A model generated the notes under the pieces. That model made no database searches. It saw only the letters and a list, made by a program, of their open reading frames with translations, and had not been told where the DNA came from. From assembly GCF_001194135.2 (NCBI RefSeq), contig NC_068995.1:1809109-1873108 (forward strand): a stretch of 64,000 nucleotides of DNA, given 5' to 3'. Below, in pieces: positions 24,225 through 64,000 of the stretch. The number at the start of each line of letters is the position of its first letter. The first letter of the stretch is position 1. The stretch is from Octopus bimaculoides. Lineage: Eukaryota. The position numbers were made by a program, and so were the translations under genes.

Positions 24225-26514
24225 AGGTGGCGAACTCGCAGATTCTTTAGCTCACTGGAAGGAATGGTTAGTGGTATTTTTCCCGTCGCTACATTCTGAG
24301 TTCAAATCCCACCGAGGTTGACTTTACCTTTCATCTCTTTCTGATGAAATAAGTGCCAGTTATGCACTGAGATTGATGTAATCAATTAGTCCCCTCCACC
24401 AACATTTTAGGCCTTGTGCCAATAATGGAAACGATCATTATTATTGATATAATTATCAGATTTTAAAATATTTTTCAATAAGATGGACAAGTAACAGTAT
24501 CGAGTTTTATTACCAATTTAAACATCAGCAAATTTTTAAAACAAGTTTATTTTATGTTTTCAGATATATACAAGTGAGGTTGTCAATAAAGTCACATTTT
24601 AAATTCATCAAATTAAAAATAAATATTGCTATTGGTCATTAATCATCGCAAAGAATTTTATCAAACGATAATTTATAATAAACATACATAAAACAACATA
24701 TTTGATGATCAGGAAATACGACGATATTTGGAAATTAATAATGTTTATTACTCATAGAACCCAATATGTTTGACCAGTTGCATATTGGTTGCGTGTAAGC
24801 TGATTTATTCAAGTTTTAGATAGAGTTTTAAGAATGATTCAACATCATAGACGAATACTAGTTGTATAAAAATATTTCTTTTTGCTGGAGTAAATATATT
24901 TCTCTGTATATCCAACCATATCACTTGTGCCATGTGAATATGTTTTTAACAGAAAATAACTAAAATGGCGAGTGCTCTTTGTAAAGGTAGAGAATAAGGT
25001 CAGCAGAGTTATCTACCTTGTCTCAAAGTCATTTCTCGCAGTAACATTAAGAATTCTAACATTTGTTGGCAATCGCCGCTACGAAGTGGAATTGGTATGT
25101 GTAGGGCTATTATCAGCCAGGCAAACTGGGCTAAGGAAAGAGTTCTCTGATTGAACCAGGAACTCTCAACTATGTCTACCACACCGTTTGATCCCATCGT
25201 CTAGCACCATAGCTAAACAGCTTTTGTTCCATACCTTTCAGCTATTTGGAGTTTCAGGAATCGGTGATCAGGTGGTAAAATAATTGTAACGTATGTGGCA
25301 GGAAGAGAGAGAACGTGTGTTCAATCCCTGTAAATACCTGTCCTATTATTTTATTCTTTTATTTTATTTTCCATCTTGTTTTTGTCTTTACAAATTTTCA
25401 TTTCAAATATTTTCGTCTTCACTGTCATCTTTGGCATTATCATTTTAACAGGTTTACTTAAAATTTAACACACACACACACACAGAGGGAAAATAGATGA
25501 GATCTCAGGATGTTAAATGTTACAGCGAAAACGATGCCTGATTGCTCCAGATGGAGATTTTTCATACAATGTACACTTTCAGGTCAATAGAAGTTTGGAA
25601 AAATAGATATTAAAATGTTGAAAGTTATGGTAAAGATGAAGACGATTGTGATATGTATATACCGGTACATAATATATACATATATGCATACATACTTATA
25701 TATATATATATACACACACACATACAAACATACATACACACACATATATATAAATATGTATGTGTGTGTATATCCACTACCACCATCTCCACCACCAATA
25801 CCCTCATATTAATTCCATCTGTATGAATTCATTCATAAAATCACATCAAATCACAACTAAGAAACAATTGCAGCCTCCCCCTTAAAAACAAAAAAAAATT
25901 ACTAAAGACAAAATACATACATAAAAATAAAACTTTAAAACTATATAATTTATGATAAAAAAAAATACAATTAAGTCTTCTCACTAAAAATTGATTTTAA
26001 AAAACTGCTTTATTTTGTATTGTTTTTCACCAAAGCTCAAAGCAAATGTTTATAAAAATCTGGAATCTACCCAGCCCTGGGTGGAGAAACAGGTTTGGGA
26101 CAAAGTTGAAGGTTTTCTTTGTCTCTGTTATGTTTTGCTCACCTTAAAAAAATAAAATAAAATAAAAACTACAGAGGTGAAGTGGGGGGAGAACAACCTC
26201 ACTCCCCCCCCACCTAAAAAATACAACAAAACTGTTATATTTTGTGAATCAAGTGAATAATAATAATGTTCATTCTTTACCGTGTTCTTTGGAAATAATT
26301 TTCAGAGAGAAATAAATGATAGATTTATTGGAGAATTCCTTGTTTTTTGTTGTTTCCATTTTGGTATGTGTTGTGTTCTTGGCATTTTGTTATTTTGGTA
26401 TTTCCTTGGTTATGTATTACATGAATGTATCTACCTTAGAATATAGAGTGACCCTATCACTGACAGTACTCCTGTCACATATCTCTCTCATTGTTTATCT
26501 CTATTGTGAAGGCC

Positions 26515-26830
26515 CATGGTTTAGTAGTTAGAATATCCAGCTTAAAGGCGTAAGATTGTGAGTTCAATATCTGGTAGCACTTTGAGTCCTTCAATAAGGC
26601 ACTTCGTTTCACTTTGCTCCAGTCCACTCAGCTGGCAAAAATGAGTTGTACCTGTAATTCAAAGGGGGCCAGCCTTGTTACACTCTATGTCTCACTGAAC
26701 CTCCCTGAGAACTACATTAAGGGTATGCATGTGTCTGTGGAGTACTCGGCCACTTGTGTGTTAATTTCACAAGCAGGCTGTTCCGTTGATCAGATCAACT
26801 GGAGCATTCCTTGTTGTTACAACTGATGCA
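26515..26830 (+). mobile_element. Third SINE family (tRNA-like head; ctccagtccactcagctggc core)
   Basis: B-box-like gagttcaatatc; a reverse copy with gtgtcttgctcaagaacac lies at about 60900-61010. Confidence 0.55.
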
Positions 26831-27477
26831 GTTCCAGTTTTATCATTCTGTTCTCTATCTTACAAACCTCTGTCACACATGCTGCTCACACTTAAAGAGA
26901 CTGGAACGTGAGCAAAGATGTAAGGTCCTTTCAGCTTTGTTAAGGACATGGGGACCTCACTAGTGCTGGTGCCATGAAAAATGCACTCACTGCCTTATAT
27001 TAACCACCACAAGGCCCAGTCTTTGTTGCAGTGTAGTTATTTGTGTCTCAGTGACCTTGAGACCTCTGCCAGCCGAGTGAAATCTCTTAGTAGGGCTTCA
27101 CTTGTGCCTAGAAAAAAAGCAAGGATACAGAAGCATCAATGCCAATTCAAAACCAACTGGACCTCAGAGAAGAAAGCCCTCCCTTAAGAAAACATATGAC
27201 ATCATCATCATCGTTTAATGTCCACTTTCCATGCTGGCATGGGTTGGACGGTTTAACTGGAACAGGTAAACCAGAGAGCTGCACCAGGTTTCAGTTTGTT
27301 TTGGCTTGTCTTCTATGGCTGGATGCCCTTCCTAACACCAGCCACTTTACAGAGTGTGCTGGATGCTTTTTATGTGCCACTGGGAGAGGTGCCATTTACA
27401 GGACACTGGCAACAGCCACGACTAATGTTTCACTTGGCTTAACAAATCTTCTCAGCACAATCCAAAAGGCCACACTT

Positions 27478-27590
27478 TAAGGAAACCAACTCCCTGCATT
27501 ATACATCAGGTTATATCTGGAACCCACAAGTGAGATGGAAGAGAGGACACCCTAAAAAACAGCTGAAGGCAGAGCTAAAAAACAGAGAAG
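27478..27590 (+). mobile_element. Short RTE-like LINE 3' relic
   Basis: Degenerate WNPQ..RGHPK motif. Confidence 0.4.
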
Positions 27591-28489
27591 CATAACGTAG
27601 TTTGAGATAAGAGAAATAATCATGGTTGACATATCCTTTGGTCATAATTCTACTTGTTTAAAGCTGCCTGGGGTTTTAAAACACCACCATTACTAACAAC
27701 AACAACAACAGCTACTACTTTACTGATGCAAGCTACTGAAAGATCCTTTGCATGGTTGATCAAACTGCTAGAAATGGCAACTAAATCACTCAGTGTGTTA
27801 TTGGAAAAGAACATTGGATTATTAAGTCGTGATGGGGTGGTCACTGTTGGGACGCTTTTGACATAGCTCTGAACAATGGTTAAGCAACACCTCAAAATTT
27901 TGTTTTACTGATATGCATTTCAGTTTGAGACCAAGGTTGACTTAGTCCATTGTTGCTTCAAGTGTGATATGAGATATAAAATAAAACAAAAGATAAAAAG
28001 CTGTGGAAGATGTCTTGATCGAAGTGGTGTAAACCAGATTGTTATCTGATGTGAAGAGTCAAAAGATTATTTGATGACATTTGATTGGCTGGTTTAGATG
28101 ACCTGTAAGGTCAGAATGATCAGTGGCTGCTGCTGCTGCTATTGAAATTGAGGTCAGCCTCAATCAAGCTGACCCATAATCAAAACCATTCCAGTCATTA
28201 CCATCCTGTCTTTTATTAACATGTTGTGTATCTAAGACAACATTATCTAAATGTCCTGGGTCTGCTGTTTTCAAACCGATACAGTGTGATTTTGAGGAAG
28301 ATTTAGCTGCTTTTTCTAGCAGGAGAAGCAGCCATGTAGAAACTCTATGGGTGGTTCATGATTGCTGTTGTTACTTTGTCGCTAATGGTAATTGCTTGAG
28401 ACACACAAAAGAATTCGGTATGGGAAGATCACAAGAAATATATTGGCGCTAGAAAAATGGTTTGTGTGTGTGTGAAGAACACAGTATAA

Positions 28490-28790
28490 TTCTCAAACCC
28501 AAAGTACACAGGAAATGTAATATTGGTGCTAATAATAATAACAATGACTTTACTTGAAAACACAACATAAGAATGACTGAGGGAAGTTTCAAAAGACACA
28601 ATTACAAGTTCATCTTTTTAAACAAAGGAAAGAGGAATGTCACTGCTATTTGAAAGCTATATTTGGAAACTGAAAGTCCAGGGAATTAATATGTTAAATA
28701 TCTTTTTTTGGCTATACTGACCTAAAACAATATACACCAATGGCATCAAGATTTGCAATCTATGTATTACAAAGAAAACTTTCCATTTGA
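28490..28790 (+). mobile_element. Penelope-like GIY-YIG endonuclease relic
   Basis: MTEGSFKRHNYK.IFLNKGKRNVTA / YIWKLK / NGIKICNLCIT pattern with frameshifts. Confidence 0.55.
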
Positions 28791-28809
28791 TATAAACTCA
28801 AGACCTCAG

Positions 28810-28864
28810 ATAATTATTTATATATGTATAATTATTTATATATGTATAATTATTTATATATGTA
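28810..28864. repeat. Perfect 18-bp x3 tandem (taattatttatatatgta)
   Basis: Direct inspection. Confidence 0.9.
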
Positions 28865-29949
28865 CGATGGGTTTCTCTCAGTTTCTGTCAACCAAATCCA
28901 CTCATAAGACTTTGATTGGCCCGAGGATATAGTAGAAGACACTTGCTGAAGGTGGGACTGAACCTGGAACCATGTGGTTGGGAAGCAAGCTTCTTAACAC
29001 ACAGCCATTCCTGTGCCTATATATATATATCTGCATATATATGTTTGTGTGTGTGTGTGTGTCTGTCCTACCATCAATTGCCAATCAGTGTTAGTTTCTT
29101 TACATCTCTGTAACTTAGCTGTTCAGCAAAAGACACTGATGGAATAATTTCCAGACCTTAAAGAGTAAGTACCAGGGTCAATTTGTCTGACTAAAGCCTC
29201 TCAAAGTGGTGCCCCAGGAAGCGAACAGTCCAATGAGTGAAACATCTAAAAGATAAAAAGTATATACAGACATACATACACATGTATACACTCACAAATA
29301 CACACACATACACACATACATATGCGACGGGCTTCTTTCAGTTTCCATCTACCAAATCCTATCACAAGGCCTTGGTTGGCCTGAGGCTATAGTAGAAGAC
29401 ATTTGCCCATGGTGCTACACAGTGGAACTGAACCCAAAAACATGTGGCTGGGAAGCAAGCTTCTTACCCCACATACACACACACATACATACATATATTT
29501 ATATAGACAAAAAGCATTGACTACACTCTTGGAGTGGTTGGCGTTAGGAAGGGCATCCAGCTGTAGAAACCTTACCAGATCAGCTTGGAGCCTGGTGCAG
29601 CCTCCTGGCTTGCCAGTCCTCAGTCAAACCGTGCAACTCATGCCAGCATGGGAAGTGGACGTTAAACGATGATGATGATGACAGATACTACTACTACTAC
29701 TACTATTACACGCGCGCGCACATGCATATATAAAGGGGAGCATCCGTTATAGCCTTAACCAACCACTGCGAACCCGATATGACCACCACCACAATAACAA
29801 CACTATATTACAACTACTACTACTATCACGAATAGCTCCTCGATCCTGTAGAATCACCACTTCACTGCTACATTACACTTTTCCCTACGACGCTACCACT
29901 CTACTACTACACTACTATAATTAACCTTACAATACCGACACACCTCTCC

Positions 29950-30130
29950 ATTATAAGTGGGAGGTGAGACGAGTTACGGGCAGTTATTTCGTCGACTTGT
30001 CACCAGGTGACGCTGTTATCGTTACTTATAAAATGGCGATTCTCTTCTTCTTCATTCCGCTTCGTCTCTCCTTCAAATAACCGTTTCTATTTACACAATT
30101 ATATCCATAAATGTCACCTCTCTACTGAAT
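29950..30130 (+). promoter_or_regulatory. Putative VPS50 promoter / 5' UTR exon region
   Basis: Locally CpG-rich, with a YY1-like AAAATGGCG at 30030-30038 and a possible donor caccag|gtgacg at 30006, about 400 nt upstream of the ATG. Confidence 0.4.
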
Positions 30131-30364
30131 TCGACATACAACACATTGGCTGGAACATATATATTATACTGTGCGTGTGTCTTTCTCATACAACACTGGA
30201 CTGGGTGTATATATATATATATATAATGTCACTTCATTGACTGGGATATATATACATATATAATATATACACACACGTATATATACACACACATATATAT
30301 ACATGTATATGTTGTCTCTGTCGTGAAACACATTGGATTGCGATATATAAAGCACCGTTCTTCG

Positions 30365-30408
<44 letters not shown>

Positions 30409-30476
30409 CATAATTTATTAATTTGTGTATAGAGTGTTATTGTGGTGGTCGTCTTCTCTCTGATGGAGTTGCAGTG

Positions 30477-61175
<30,699 letters not shown>

Positions 61176-63491
61176 TGATGATGAAAGTGATGGTGATAGT
61201 GATAATCATTATTATAGTGGTGGTGGTGGCCATGTACGTTTTTATGTGAGGAAAAAAATATGATCTGAGAAGAATGTATATGTCATAGTTAATAGTGTAG
61301 AAAACACCCTTAAAACATTAACAGGTGTGTGTATATATACACTTGTGAGTCTGTGTGTGTGTGTTTAAGTGTTTCATTGAAATACATTTTTATTTTCTAA
61401 TGTTGATCAGTTAAATTGTACATCAGGACCCAGATTCCTGGTGACGAAGATAACACAACTGTACAACACCTTGTAATACTGCACTATAGTATTATACAAT
61501 ACTGTAAGTCTGCAGTTACTATTTACACTAATGTCTGTATCACACTTCTGGAAATCAAAAGCAAGTTCTGGTGGTACAGATTTTAATTATCCGAACTTGG
61601 GACCAATTATTAAAAACAAAAACATCTCACAACAGACAACATATCACATTCAGCATATCAGACAGACATCAGACCACCACGTCTCTCTCAACAAATAAGA
61701 CATTCTTAATTACCAGTTAATATAACATTAGTTTATGTAATAGGCCCCATGGTCTGTTGAGCTCACTGATCAACTTGTTTGTTTATAGCAGTGGGTGGGG
61801 TGGGGATTAGAGGGCAGAATATTTAGGTTTGAAGTAAATACCTTGTGGTATTAAGTTGTGCCCCCTTGAAACTCTTTAGTTTATCTTGCCAAAATTAATT
61901 TTGCCTTACAGGTCAACTAATTACCAATGAAGGACTAAGTTCATTTAATGCTACCTCTATTTGCCCCTCCCTGGGGGGCCTTGTGCCAATGTTAGAAATC
62001 CTTATTGCCTTTTATTCCTCTGGGTTCAATATAAATATACCAGTCATGCACTGGGGTTTCAATATTAAGGGCATTGTGTCAACCTAAGATATCGAAGGGT
62101 GGGGGAAGAATTCTAAACGCCTCCCCCCCACCACCTCTATTCATAATACGTATAGAGGTGATGAGATTGTGTAACATTGATGCCTTTCTCGTCCTCCTTC
62201 AAAAGTGTAATGATTTCAACTGAAAAAAATCACAATTGGTTCATCATCTCAGTTATAAGATACGCACATGTAAGGGGGCAACTCAAGGGGTCGGCTACAA
62301 GAAGGGCATCCAGCTGTAAAAAACACTGCCTCAGAAAAACCATCCAACCCATCCATGCCAGCATGGAGAAGTGGGTTGTTACTCATCTACTGGTGTCAGT
62401 CTTTAGATTGTGGCCATGCTGGAGTACAACTGTGGCACAAAATTTTATTTCTTTTTGGTTCATTACATCCATCTCAATCTTTTCTCTGGTTCTTATATTA
62501 GCGACCTGAGTAGAAGGGAAGGCAAAGTTTACCTGGGCATAACTCAATACTATGTGCAGTATTTTTGTTCAACACTCCCCTCTCAATTCTGCACCCACCC
62601 CCCTCCTCCCAATCGCTAATGAACTTTCACAAACTTTAACATCAATTAAATATTTCATTCACAATCTTTGGGGATCAGAAACCCTGAAATAAAATAGATA
62701 CCCAACTTACTGTGGAAATAGAACTTGGAACCACATAATTGCAAACTGCTTAACCCCCGCCCCAGCCATGGATCTGTTGCACCTTTTTTTTTTTGAGAGA
62801 GAGGGATTAATGAGATAATATTTACCTCTTATAGTTTGTGACCCATTGATTCCCATTTCAGGAACTTCTGCTAGTTCTAGTTAAGGGTTCCATTCTTTAG
62901 GAGCTGAGCAGGGCATGTTTTTGTTTTTATTTTTTTGTTGCTTAAATCTCAACTTGCGAGTGAAAGGTGTCAACTGGCTCCTATAAAGAAATAAAAACTG
63001 ACAACCTACACTGTAAATAGAATAATAACAATGTTTTGTGACATAACAACAATACTTGTTACATTCGCAAGTTGACAGAATCCCACAAGGTTTAGGCTGT
63101 TTTTCTAACACATATCAAACAGTGTGTTGTCTGTTATTATTTGGTATGTAGGAGAGAACAGACCTAACACTTCCCAGCCCCTGTTGTCATTAGTAACCAA
63201 AACAGGGAGATCACAACCTAAAAGAGGAGCACAAATATACATACATACACACCATCTTTGAAATTGAACTCCCTGTTTGACAAATCTGTGTGTTGCGTGT
63301 GTGTGTCTATAAGTATGTCCTGTGTGTGCATATTTGAGGGCACCTATTTTATGTATAACAGCATGCTGTGTGTGTGTGTGTGTGTGTGTATATACACACA
63401 CCCCTATGTCCCCCACCCCCTTTCACTAAGTGGACCAATTAAGTCGATTATTTAAGATAATTCCTTTCTGTACATAAATTTATTTTTGTTC

Positions 63492-63497
63492 AATAAA
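63492..63497 (+). terminator. Candidate VPS50 polyadenylation signal (AATAAA followed by a T/GT-rich tract)
   Basis: ttcAATAAAtgtttttgtttgtttttttt; would imply a 3' UTR of about 2.3 kb. Earlier AATAAA hexamers also exist. Confidence 0.45.
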
Positions 63498-63739
63498 TGT
63501 TTTTGTTTGTTTTTTTTTTAAGTTGACAAAAACTTTGTTGGTCATTTATTAATTTTGATATTTCATTGGAGTCACTGGCCAACCACCACAATGGCTGCAG
63601 TGAAGTTGTGAATGGTACCAAAGGGGTTTGACAGAGTGCAAAAGAAAGAAAAAACAAATGGACCCAAATTAAAGAAAAAAGTGTATTTAAGATTTATATA
63701 TATATATATATATACACGACACTGCTTTCCCCCCTTCCC

Positions 63740-64000
63740 AGGCTACAGGCCCACACCCATACTGTTAGGATTGGCACTCTCAACGTCGACACGCTGAAAG
63801 GTAGATCTGGTGAAATTGTTGAGATGCTTGAACGGAGACGTGTAGATATGTGCTGCATCCAGGAAGTAAGATGGAGAGGAGGTTCTGCGAGGTTCCTCAC
63901 AGGTACAAGATCTTCTGGGCAGGGAACACTGACGGGGTCGGGGGCGTAGGAATACTTCTAGCGGAGAAATGGGTGGATAAGGTAATCGAGGTCGTTAGAG
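63740..64000 (+). mobile_element. RTE-clade LINE 5' end, AP endonuclease, one frameshift, runs off the window
   Basis: VRIGTLNVDTLKGRSGEIVEMLERRRVDMCCIQEVRWRGG / YKIFWAGNTDGVGGVGILLAEKW. Confidence 0.88.

Noticed and set aside
26316-26531. Hydrophobic 71-aa ORF
   Set aside because: T-rich sequence running into a SINE, with no splice context or homology, unlike the 19137 exon, which has a phase-matched acceptor

Overview
Repeat-rich eukaryotic genomic DNA, most likely a cephalopod (Octopus-like), judged from the very dense CA/TA/CAT/TAA microsatellites and the tRNA-type SINE families. It has six N-gaps. Two spliced protein-coding genes lie on the + strand. (1) The 3' part of an ARHGAP6-like RhoGAP: 11 in-frame coding exons at 8120-20701, about 710 aa, with the N-terminus not located. 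(2) A nearly complete VPS50/syndetin gene: 25 in-frame exons at 30477-61175, 935 aa, apparently missing one 12-codon exon next to an assembly gap. Introns carry SINEs and relics of RTE, R4/Dong-like and Penelope-like retroelements and of Tc1/mariner DNA transposons. The most interesting signal is a candidate alternative terminal exon of the RhoGAP (19137-19362). It is in the correct splice phase and would replace the cytosolic PDZ-ligand tail (ETLV*) with a basic-flanked 21-residue hydrophobic helix and a short tail carrying an N-glycosylation sequon, i.e. a possible membrane-anchored RhoGAP isoform. Homology calls are from recalled human sequences and family motifs, not database searches. Repeat boundaries are approximate.
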